64,000 nucleotides of DNA from Thermoanaerobaculia bacterium. Lineage in GTDB: Bacteria > Acidobacteriota > Thermoanaerobaculia > Gp7-AA8. The translations under genes and the position numbers were made by a program. The notes beneath the pieces were generated by a model. It was given only the letters and a program-made list of their open reading frames with translations, searched no databases and was not told the DNA's origin. The stretch lies in contig DATKDP010000002.1 of assembly GCA_035546335.1 (NCBI GenBank), forward strand, positions 8,774-72,773, given 5' to 3'. This document shows, in pieces, positions 55,590 through 63,656 of this stretch (position 1 is its first letter; each line of letters opens with the position of its first letter).

Positions 55590-55704
55590 GGCGTCCCGAT
55601 CGATGTCGCATGGTATCACTCGCCGCGGCGGAATGCGGAATAGTCGCGCTGCCCTTCCTGTCGTGATGGGCGGACGCTGAAACGTCCGGATCGGAGCCTT
55701 CTCG

Positions 55705-56328
55705 ATGAGATCTGCAAGCCTCTTCGTCATTCTCGTTTCGTCGTCGATACTCTTCGCCTGCGAACGGGCGGGCGCGGGCACGGAAGTGCCGAGTCCGCCG
55801 TCCGCCACGGGGCTCGCCAAGGCGACCTTTGCCGGAGGGTGCTTCTGGTGCATGGAGCCTCCGTTCGACGATCTTGAGGGGGTCAGCGCGACGACTTCCG
55901 GCTACATGGGCGGCTCGACGACCAATCCGACGTATGAGGATGTTTCGCGAGGAGGGTCGGGGCATGCCGAGGTCGTTCAGATTCTCTACGATCCGAAGAA
56001 AGTCACCTACCAGACGCTTCTCGACGTCTTCTGGAAGAACGTCGACCCGACGGACGCGGGAGGCCAGTTCTGCGATCGTGGCGATCAGTACAGGACTGCG
56101 ATCTTCTACCACGACGACGAACAGAAACGTCTGGCGGAAGCGTCGAAACGCTCGCTGGAAGAATCGGGCAAGCTGGCCCGCATCGTCACGGAAATCGCTC
56201 CGGCGACGGCGTTTACGGCCGCCGAGGAGTACCACCAGGACTACTATCGGAAGAATCCGGTCCGCTACAAGTTCTATCGGACGAACTGCGGGCGCGATCG
56301 CCGGTTGAATCAGATCTGGGGTCGCTGA
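55705..56328 (+). CDS. msrA: Peptide methionine-S-sulfoxide reductase MsrA with a lipoprotein signal peptide
   Basis: GGCFWCMEPPF active site and full MsrA colinearity. N-terminal MRSASLFVILVSSSILFAC lipobox. Confidence 0.92.
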   Translation: MRSASLFVILVSSSILFACERAGAGTEVPSPPSATGLAKATFAGGCFWCMEPPFDDLEGVSATTSGYMGGSTTNPTYEDVSRGGSGHAEVVQILYDPKKVTYQTLLDVFWKNVDPTDAGGQFCDRGDQYRTAIFYHDDEQKRLAEASKRSLEESGKLARIVTEIAPATAFTAAEEYHQDYYRKNPVRYKFYRTNCGRDRRLNQIWGR

Positions 56329-56677
56329 ACGATGTAGCGCAAGGAGACCCGATTGAATCACGGTGATCGCGGCGGTCCGGGCGAGAGCGCTTGCTCGGAT
56401 CGCACTTTCCATTTTTGTTGAAACAGTCTATTGTTGAGCACGAAAGGTCCGGCGCCGACACCCAACGGTTGGAAAGAGGTCCAAAGACTCAGCGGATCGC
56501 GAGACGGGTCGGCGTGTCCATATGCCCGACGACAGGGGAAACAAGCGGAATGGCGATGTGGGGAGGAGAAGTGGAAAGCCAGGTCGCCCGCGACCCGTGA
56601 CGGTTTCCAAGCCGAGGCCGAGCGACGCCCGACGTCCGCGCGGACTCACGATCGCCAAGCATCCGGGATCGCAGCCG

Positions 56678-57106
56678 ATGACTGACATGCAGCACTCCAT
56701 GGCGTCCGCGCAGCCGATGCTCCACGACGAGAACAGAAAGAAAAAGATCCTGGTCATCGACGATGATCAGTCCGTCCGCCGGCTTCTCGAGAAGATCATC
56801 GAGAGAGCGGGGTTCCTGGTCGAATGCGCCGTGGATGGCGGGGATGGAATCCAGCGGATCGGAGCGGCGGGGGATGGGGGGTTCGATCTGATCATTCTCG
56901 ATCTGATGATGCCGAACATCAGCGGTTTCGATGTGATCGAGCATCTGAGCACGCATCATCCCGACAACCTCCGGAAGATCATTGTCCTCACCGCGCAACC
57001 CCGTGTCAGCGACGAGCGCATCAAGCGCAATCTGATCCGCAACGTGATCCAGAAGCCGTTCGACATCCACGAGCTGACTGCGTATCTGAAATCGTGCTTC
57101 GAATGA
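56678..57106 (+). CDS. Stand-alone response regulator receiver protein
   Basis: KILVIDDDQSVRRLL...DLIILDLMMPNISG...VLTA...KPF receiver motifs with no output domain. The upstream part of the ORF (from 56522) looks non-coding. Confidence 0.85.
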   Translation: MTDMQHSMASAQPMLHDENRKKKILVIDDDQSVRRLLEKIIERAGFLVECAVDGGDGIQRIGAAGDGGFDLIILDLMMPNISGFDVIEHLSTHHPDNLRKIIVLTAQPRVSDERIKRNLIRNVIQKPFDIHELTAYLKSCFE

Positions 57107-57123
57107 CGCGTTAGTGGAGTGTA

Positions 57124-57197
57124 CTTCGCTCCAGTCACGCGAGCCTGTCGCCGCGGCCTGCGCGCAAATGCTTCGCCCCTACGAGAAATGTGACGGT
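57124..57197. repeat. REP-like family A, half copy in reverse orientation
   Basis: CTTCGCTCCAGTCACGCGAGCCTGTCGCCGCGGCCTGCGCGCAAATGCTTCGCCCCTACGAGAAATGTGACGGT is the reverse complement of 323-395 with very few mismatches. Confidence 0.85.
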
Positions 57198-57231
57198 CGC
57201 ACGAGACACGGTGAGGTCGTCCGACATGGGA

Positions 57232-59148
57232 TCAGGGTGACGGAACCTGTTCCGCCTGCCAGTCGCTGCGCTTTCCCAACAGCAGCACGGCACCGACGAT
57301 CATCGCCGATCCGAGGGCGAGGGCGAGCCAGACATTCAGCCCGAATGCGGTGGCGATGTCGCCGATCAGCATACCGAGAATTCCGATCGCGAACGCGTAG
57401 GGGAGCTGCGTCCGGACGTGCGCGATGTGATCCGATCCCGACCCCATGCTCGAGAGAATCGTCGTATCGGAGATCGGAGAGCAGTGATCGCCCCAGACGC
57501 TTCCGGCGAGGACCGAGGAGATCGTTCCCAGCATGAAGACGTGATAGGCCTCGCTTCCCACCGGGTGCCCGGCACCCAGAGAGAGTCCGTGTGCGATCGG
57601 GATCACCAGCGGCATGAGGATGCCCATCGTTCCCCACGAGGTTCCGGTGGCGAAAGAGATCGCCGCGGAGGCGATGAAAACGAGCACTGGAAGCCAGTGC
57701 GGCGACAGGACTCCCTGCGTGAGCCCGACGACGAAATCGGCCGTGTGAAGTTGCGCGCAGATGCTGCCGATCGACCAGGCGAGGACCAGGACGATGAGGG
57801 CGAGCAGCATCGCCTTGAATCCCTCCACCATCGCATCCATCGCCTGGCGGATCGTCAGGAGTCGTTGCGCCAGCGGAAGGAGAAGCGCGACGACGACGGC
57901 CGTGAGGCTGGCCCAGAGAAGGGCATCGAGACTGCTCGCATTGGAGAAGACGTCCTGGAGCCATTTGTATGCGGAGGGATAGTCGGCGCGGTTGACGGCT
58001 GCCGAACCGGAGACGAAGAGGCCGATGATGGTCATGGCGATGACCGTGAAGATGGGGATGAGCGCGTTGCGTGCGCGCTTCGGGATTCCGTCCGGAGGCG
58101 CCATCGAAGTGGCGTTGTAGTCGGCCAGAGGCGTGTCGCCGTCGGCGATCACTTTTCCTGTCTCGCTCGCCCGTCGCTCGGCGCGGAGCATGGGACCGAA
58201 ATCGCGACAGGTGAAGGCGATGGCGAATCCGAGCACGAGAGCAAAGATGGGATAGAAGCGGTAGGGAATCGAGGCGATGAGCGTGGTATAGGCGTTGAAA
58301 GGAAGATCCAGCTGGGTGAACGCCGCGGCGATCAGACCGATTTCGAACCCGATCCATGTCGAGATGGGGAAGATGCTGGCCACGGGAGCCGCAGTCGAGT
58401 CGACGATATAGGCGAGCTTTTCCCGGCTGATACGCAACCGGTCGGTGATCGGACGCATCGTCGAGCCGACGATCAGCGAATTTGCGTAGTCGTCGAAGAA
58501 GATGAAGATGCCCATCACCCAGGTGGTCACCTGCCCCCGCCTCGCGTTCGTCGCGAAGCCCTTGATTCGCTCGACGATTCCCTGGGTGCCGCCGCTTCGC
58601 GTGATCAGGCCGACCATGCCGCCAAGAAGGACCGAGAAGATGATGATCTTGGCGTGATCGCCATCCGCGAGCGCCGGTGCGACGAAGCTGTCGATGGTTC
58701 GTGCGAAGGCTCGGATCGGATTCCAGTGGTAGAGAATCATCGCTCCCGAGAAGACGCCGGCGAAGAGAGCGATCAGAACGTCCTTAAACAGGAGGGCGAG
58801 AGCGATCGCGATCAGCGGCGGCAGGATCGAGAGCCATCCCGGAATCTGCTCGAGTCGTGTCGTCGCTTCGGCGCCTGTCGTACGGACTGTCACCTCCGAG
58901 ACGCTTCCTGCGGCGGCGGCTTCGATCGTGACCGTTTGTTTGCCTTCGACGAGCTCGAATTCGTGGACCTCCCTTCCGTCGATGAGAATTTGTGCCGGCT
59001 GCGGTGCGGCCAGCTCTCCGGCCTCGATCTCGAGATGGAGGCGGCCATGACGCAGCGATGCTCCACTCGAAGTCACGGAGAGAGTCACGTCTGCCGTCAG
59101 CGTCAGCGAGCTCAGAAGGATCAGAACGAAGAATGCAAGACGCTTCAA
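57232..59148 (-). CDS. NhaC-family Na+/H+ antiporter-like transporter with an N-terminal extracytoplasmic domain
   Basis: Signal peptide plus a ~90-aa beta-rich domain, then a polytopic core with FFDDYANSLIVGSTMRPITD...AYIVDSTAAPVA typical of the NhaC C-terminal family. Confidence 0.85.
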   Translation of the reverse strand: MKRLAFFVLILLSSLTLTADVTLSVTSSGASLRHGRLHLEIEAGELAAPQPAQILIDGREVHEFELVEGKQTVTIEAAAAGSVSEVTVRTTGAEATTRLEQIPGWLSILPPLIAIALALLFKDVLIALFAGVFSGAMILYHWNPIRAFARTIDSFVAPALADGDHAKIIIFSVLLGGMVGLITRSGGTQGIVERIKGFATNARRGQVTTWVMGIFIFFDDYANSLIVGSTMRPITDRLRISREKLAYIVDSTAAPVASIFPISTWIGFEIGLIAAAFTQLDLPFNAYTTLIASIPYRFYPIFALVLGFAIAFTCRDFGPMLRAERRASETGKVIADGDTPLADYNATSMAPPDGIPKRARNALIPIFTVIAMTIIGLFVSGSAAVNRADYPSAYKWLQDVFSNASSLDALLWASLTAVVVALLLPLAQRLLTIRQAMDAMVEGFKAMLLALIVLVLAWSIGSICAQLHTADFVVGLTQGVLSPHWLPVLVFIASAAISFATGTSWGTMGILMPLVIPIAHGLSLGAGHPVGSEAYHVFMLGTISSVLAGSVWGDHCSPISDTTILSSMGSGSDHIAHVRTQLPYAFAIGILGMLIGDIATAFGLNVWLALALGSAMIVGAVLLLGKRSDWQAEQVPSP

Positions 59149-59244
59149 AGCCGGACTCCTCGATCTCGGATTCAGGACGACGGGCGAAACTGTAGCACGA
59201 CTCGCGCGCGTCGATGGCGGCGATCGCAGGCCGCGTGCTGACTC

Positions 59245-59359
59245 GTCATCCTGAGCGAAGGTGGGTGGGAGGGTGTGAGTGAAGGATCTGCGTTCTTAGA
59301 CACTTGCCGATCGCAGATCCTTCACTCACACCCACCCGCTCCACCTCGCTCAGCATGAC
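59245..59359. repeat. Palindromic repeat family B, second copy
   Basis: GTCATCCTGAGCGAAGG...GTGAGTGAAGGATCTGCG / loop TTCTTAGACACTTGCCGAT / CGCAGATCCTTCACTCAC...CTCAGCATGAC. The loop is the reverse complement of the loop at 23491-23509 apart from one base. Confidence 0.9.
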
Positions 59360-59496
59360 GGGGGCTTGCGGTGCGAAACAGCTTTGCACGCATTCTCGCA
59401 AGAACGTGACATGTCTCCAGGGTCGCACTGGATGTTTTTCATCGGCGACGGCGTTACGCTGGCTGCCTGCGCGCGAAAACGACGAGCAGGAGAAGG

Positions 59497-61290
59497 TTGG
59501 ATATGAAGAAAATGATCGTTCTGATCGTCATCGCAGTCATTCTCATGACCGGAGTCGCTGTGAGTGCCGAGCGCTCCGCCGAGGATCTGGACACACGCCG
59601 AAAGGCTCTCGACGGCCTGCTGACCGAGCAGTGGGAGTACGTCCTCGCCACCTCTCCCGAGTACGCTTCGATCCTGGGGGACAAGCGCTACAACGACAAG
59701 GTCAGCGACCTGTCCGAAGCGGCCATTCTTCGTGATCTGGCGATGACGAAGACGTTTCTCCGCCGTTTCGAGGCGATCGACACCTTCGGATTCTCCGATC
59801 AGGAGAAGCTCAACAAGAGACTGATGGTCGAAGGTCTTCGAAACCAGATCGAGGACTCACGATTCCGCAACTGGCTGATGCCGGTGAATCAGATGAGCGG
59901 AATCCATCTTCGACTCCCCTCCTATCCGCAGTACTTCTCCTTCGAGTCGGTGAAGGACTACGAGGACTATCTGGTGCGGATGCGCCAGCAGCCGCGCCAG
60001 CTCGATCAGACGGTCGAACGGATGCGCAAGGGAATGGCACAGCGTCTGATGCCGCCGAAGTTTCTTCTCGAAAAGGTCGCCGATCAGGCGGCGCAGATTG
60101 GCGGAGGGAAGCCGGAAGAGAGTCCGTTCGCCCTTCCTCTCTCGAAGTTCCCCGAGGGGATCGCGCCGGCAGAACGGGACCGTCTTCGAGCGGTGTACCT
60201 GAAAGTCATCGGTGACGAGGTGCTACCCGCCTACCAGCGCTTCGCCCGGTTCGTCCGGGAGGAGTATGCACCGAAGGGGCGCACTGAAGTCGGAGTCTGG
60301 TCGCTGCCCGACGGAGCGGCGCGGTACGCGTTGCTGGCGAAGCGCTCGACGACGACGGACCTGACGCCCGAGGAGATTCACCAGATCGGGGTGCGCGAGG
60401 TCGCGCGGATCGAGGGTGAGATGCTCGAGATCGCGAAGAAGGTCGGGTTCATCGATCTGAAAAGCTTCCGTGAATCGATCGAAAACAATCCCGAGCTGAA
60501 GGCGAAATCGGGCGAGCATCTGCTCGAGCTCTATCGCAAGTACATCGATCAGATGTGGGTCGAGCTGCCGAAGCTCTTCGGCAGACTGCCGAAGGCGCAG
60601 CTCGTCGTGGAGGCGGTCGAAGAATACCGTCAGGCCACCGCTGCAGGCGCAGAGTACAACCGCGGTACGCCCGACGGGTCGCGTCCGGGGAAAGTCAAGG
60701 TGAACACCGGAGATGCGACCTCGCGGAAGATCATCACCGCGGAATCGACCGGCTATCACGAAGGGGTCCCGGGCCATCACATGCAGATCGCCATCGCTCA
60801 GGAGCTGACAGGCCTTCCGACGTTTCGCCAGCAGGGTGGACACACGGCGTACGTCGAGGGGTGGGCTCTCTACTCCGAGCGCCTCGGAAAAGAGGTGGGG
60901 TTCTATCAGGATCCGTACATGGACTACGGCCGTCTCGAGGACGAGATGCTTCGAGCGATCCGGCTGGTGGTCGACACAGGACTGCACTACAAGAAGTGGA
61001 ACCGGGAGCAGGTCGTTCAGTTCTTCCGCGACCATTCGGCCGCCGACGAGGTCGACGTTCAATCGGAGACCGATCGCTACATCGTCTGGCCCGGCCAGGC
61101 CCTCGGCTACAAGATCGGCCAGCTGAAGATCGTCGAGCTGCGGGAGCGTGCGCGTGCGGCTCTGGGACCGGCGTTCGACATCCGGAAGTTCCACGATGAA
61201 GTTCTCGGGAATGGATCGCTTCCGATGAACGTGCTCGAGGAACGGATCGACGACTGGATCCGGCGCGAGAAGGGGCGCGCGGCCGCCTGA
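59497..61290 (+). CDS. DUF885-family protein with a signal peptide
   Basis: 597 aa. YHEGVPGHHMQ and GWALYSERLG segments are typical of DUF885. Confidence 0.8.
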   Translation: MDMKKMIVLIVIAVILMTGVAVSAERSAEDLDTRRKALDGLLTEQWEYVLATSPEYASILGDKRYNDKVSDLSEAAILRDLAMTKTFLRRFEAIDTFGFSDQEKLNKRLMVEGLRNQIEDSRFRNWLMPVNQMSGIHLRLPSYPQYFSFESVKDYEDYLVRMRQQPRQLDQTVERMRKGMAQRLMPPKFLLEKVADQAAQIGGGKPEESPFALPLSKFPEGIAPAERDRLRAVYLKVIGDEVLPAYQRFARFVREEYAPKGRTEVGVWSLPDGAARYALLAKRSTTTDLTPEEIHQIGVREVARIEGEMLEIAKKVGFIDLKSFRESIENNPELKAKSGEHLLELYRKYIDQMWVELPKLFGRLPKAQLVVEAVEEYRQATAAGAEYNRGTPDGSRPGKVKVNTGDATSRKIITAESTGYHEGVPGHHMQIAIAQELTGLPTFRQQGGHTAYVEGWALYSERLGKEVGFYQDPYMDYGRLEDEMLRAIRLVVDTGLHYKKWNREQVVQFFRDHSAADEVDVQSETDRYIVWPGQALGYKIGQLKIVELRERARAALGPAFDIRKFHDEVLGNGSLPMNVLEERIDDWIRREKGRAAA

Positions 61291-61291
61291 A

Positions 61292-61320
61292 GGGAGAGCG
61301 GGCGTCCCGCGCCCGCCCCC
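61292..61320. repeat. GC hairpin repeat family D
   Basis: GGGAGAGCGGGCGTCCCGCGCCCGCCCCC begins 2 nt after the DUF885 stop, between convergent genes. Confidence 0.75.
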
Positions 61321-61339
61321 TGGTGGCGGGACGCATGCG

Positions 61340-62038
61340 TCATCGGCGCAGCGCCATGAGGGTCAGATCGTCGTTTGGCGCGCGGCCGGCGCGATGCGAC
61401 GCGACCGCTTCGTAGACCAGCGAGGTGAGGCCGTTCGCGTCGAGATGCCTGCCGCGGGCGAGTGTTGCCCGGATCCTGTCGAATCCGAACTCCTCCTCGT
61501 CGGGCGAGAGCGCTTCGAGCAGGCCGTCGCTGTAGAGAAAGAGCGTTGCCTTCTCGTCGAGACGCAGGAGCCGCGTCGCCCAGCGCGAGCAGCAGAGGAT
61601 GCCGACCACCGGTCCTGTGGCCACGACCGGCTCGACCTTGCCGCTCTGGTGGACGATCAGCGACGGAGGATGTCCGGCGTTGACGATCTCCAGTCCGCCC
61701 TCGGCATCCACTCTCCCTGCAGTCAACGTAACGAATCGATTCGGCGGAAGCTCGGGACGGAGCGAGCGATGCAGCTCGTCGATCAGCGAGGCGACCGAAG
61801 GGACGCCGAGGTCGACCATTCGCTCGATCTCCTCCATGACGAGTCCCATCAGAACCGCCGAGTCGATTCCTTTTCCCGCCACGTCGCCGAGCACGAACCA
61901 GAGCCCGCTCGACCTGCGGGCCGAGAAGTAGAAGTCGCCAGTGAAGAGCGAAGCAGGGCAGGATAGAGCGCTGATATCGAAGTCTGCTCGCGCGGGCGGG
62001 GGAACGGCACCGACGCCGGACAAGGCAAGTGCGCTCAT
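61340..62038 (-). CDS. PP2C/SpoIIE-type serine phosphatase, catalytic domain only
   Basis: 232 aa. FTGDFYF...VLGDVAGKGIDSAV...NAGHPP...LYSDGLLEA...NDDLTLMALR motifs. ATGA overlap with the upstream gene. Confidence 0.8.
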   Translation of the reverse strand: MSALALSGVGAVPPPARADFDISALSCPASLFTGDFYFSARRSSGLWFVLGDVAGKGIDSAVLMGLVMEEIERMVDLGVPSVASLIDELHRSLRPELPPNRFVTLTAGRVDAEGGLEIVNAGHPPSLIVHQSGKVEPVVATGPVVGILCCSRWATRLLRLDEKATLFLYSDGLLEALSPDEEEFGFDRIRATLARGRHLDANGLTSLVYEAVASHRAGRAPNDDLTLMALRR

Positions 62039-62931
62039 GCGGTCGCCGCCAGCGGCCGGCATCGCCGGCACGGCCGGAATCCGAGTCGCGCCGCTTCCTG
62101 CTCGCTCCGGAGAGACACGCGATGTGCTTTCCTGATTCGCCTCGCATCGGGGCAGGTGGGGAAGCAGTAGATCTTCGTCGTCGCCGAAGCAACGTAGCGG
62201 AATCCTCGCTCGCCCAGATCGTCGAGCTCGTCGACGATCACTCCCTCCCGCGCGAGAAGTGCACGCTTGAGGGCCGGGCCGAATCCGTAGTTGCCGATCC
62301 CGCCTGAGGAGGGCACGACGCGGTGACATGGAACGACGAAGGGAATCGGATTGCGGGCGCACGCATTGCCGACGGCGCGAATGGCGGCCGGCCTTCCCGC
62401 CTCGCGAGCGACCCAGGCGTAGCTTCGCACCTGGCCCGCGGGAATCTTCACCAGCACCTCGAGGACTTCGCGCTCGAACTGCGGAAGATCGGAAAGATCG
62501 ATCTCAGGGCGGCCGCTCTTCCCTCCTCCGATCGTACGGCGGAGCGCCTCGCGCATTTCTGGCGGCAGCTCTCCACGCTCGGCCTCGCGGCCGAAACGGT
62601 TGCAGTACTCTTCGAGGAGCACCTTCTCCGGGCGATTCGCGAGCGTGACGCGGACGAGCCCTCTCGATGAGAAGACGACCCAGAGGGGCCCGATGTCCGA
62701 CTCGACGATGTCGTAGCGATCGGACAGCGAACGGCGAATCTCCTCGTGGCACGACGAGGGGCAGCGCTCCTTGAGCGCCGGCCCGGCGCCGGCGAGCTCG
62801 TCGATCTCTTCGAGCGAATCGGCGCAGCTCCGGCAATCGTCGAGATGCTCGCGAATCTCGTCGCACGTTCCGCTCTCGAGCTCTTTCGTCCGGAACTGAT
62901 CGAGCCGGACCAATACGCTGTTACATCGCAT
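62035..62931 (-). CDS. Soluble anti-sigma factor fusion: zf-HC2 (ZAS) domain, O6-alkylguanine-DNA alkyltransferase and Ada-type zinc domain
   Basis: 298 aa. HLDDCRSC (HxxxCxxC) at residues ~29-36. MGMT core FEREVLEVLVKIPAGQVRSYAWVA...AIRAVGNACARNPIPFVVPCHRVV. C-terminal IYCFPTCPDARRI...GFRPCRRCRP. No TM helix. The start overlaps the sigma gene by 11 nt. Confidence 0.8.
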   Translation of the reverse strand: MRCNSVLVRLDQFRTKELESGTCDEIREHLDDCRSCADSLEEIDELAGAGPALKERCPSSCHEEIRRSLSDRYDIVESDIGPLWVVFSSRGLVRVTLANRPEKVLLEEYCNRFGREAERGELPPEMREALRRTIGGGKSGRPEIDLSDLPQFEREVLEVLVKIPAGQVRSYAWVAREAGRPAAIRAVGNACARNPIPFVVPCHRVVPSSGGIGNYGFGPALKRALLAREGVIVDELDDLGERGFRYVASATTKIYCFPTCPDARRIRKAHRVSLRSEQEAARLGFRPCRRCRPLAATA

Positions 62932-63505
62932 GAGCGTTCCCCCTTTCCGCGAGCGCGTCGCGCAGAAGCCGCAGGGAGCGGAAGATCTTTCCCCGCAGCG
63001 ACGCCTCGGTGAATCCTGTCGTCTTTGCGATCTCGCCGTACGACATCTCTTCGATGAATCGAAGCGCAATGAGCTCTCTGGTTTCTGACGGAAGGCCGGC
63101 GATGGCCCGATCGAGCCGTGCGATCTCCTCTCGTTTTTCGAGCTCGCTCACCAGATGAACGGCGGGAACGAGCGGTCGAAACCGCGGGTGTTCGGCCTGC
63201 GAGAGCGCTTCCTCCCGCCTGCCCGGAGCGTCGCGCCGTTTGTTGTACGCCAGGTTCCTTCCGATGCGAAACAGCCAGGGCCGGAGCGCCAGCGCGGCAC
63301 ATCGCTCGGCCGTGTATTGGCGAGTCAGCGCGTGATGAGCTCGAATGAACGTATCCTGAACCACTTCCTGCGCATCCTGATCGTTGAGCAGAATCCTGCG
63401 GACGTAATTGAAGAGGGCGTGCTCCCACGTCTCGACCAGACGATCGAAGGCTCCCGGCTCGTGACGGTGCACGGCGAGAGCCGGATTTTCGGACTCATGA
63501 TCCAT
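62921..63505 (-). CDS. ECF-type RNA polymerase sigma-70 family factor
   Basis: Region 2 (FDRLVETWEHALFNYVRRILLNDQDAQEVVQDTFIRA...PWLFRIGRNLAYN) and region 4 (ALRFIEEMSYGEIAKTTGFTEASLRGKIFRSL). ATG 63505 with a GGAGGAG RBS is preferred; the ORF opens at 63550. Confidence 0.85.
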   Translation of the reverse strand: MDHESENPALAVHRHEPGAFDRLVETWEHALFNYVRRILLNDQDAQEVVQDTFIRAHHALTRQYTAERCAALALRPWLFRIGRNLAYNKRRDAPGRREEALSQAEHPRFRPLVPAVHLVSELEKREEIARLDRAIAGLPSETRELIALRFIEEMSYGEIAKTTGFTEASLRGKIFRSLRLLRDALAERGNAHAM

Positions 63506-63553
63506 GCGGGAAGCTTCTCCTCCGATCCAGGAGCTCCTCATGCCTTCCATAAC

Positions 63554-63575
63554 ACGGCTCGAGCCGGTTTCGTTC
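63554..63575 (-). promoter_or_regulatory. Candidate ECF-type autoregulated promoter
   Basis: On the minus strand, GAAC (63575-63572), 15 nt, then CGT (63556-63554). This resembles the GAAC...CGT pattern of many ECF promoters, but the spacing is 1-2 nt short. Confidence 0.25.
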
Positions 63576-63656
63576 GGTGATGATGAAAGGCACCGGGCGG
63601 TTTTCGGTAGAATTCGCTCCGGTGATCGGGTCGCTCGATCGCCAGGAGGAATCTCA

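Noticed and set aside
56522-56677. The N-terminal 52-aa extension of the response regulator ORF.
   Set aside because: The extension is Arg/Pro/Gly-rich with no receiver homology. The receiver domain begins a few residues after ATG 56678.
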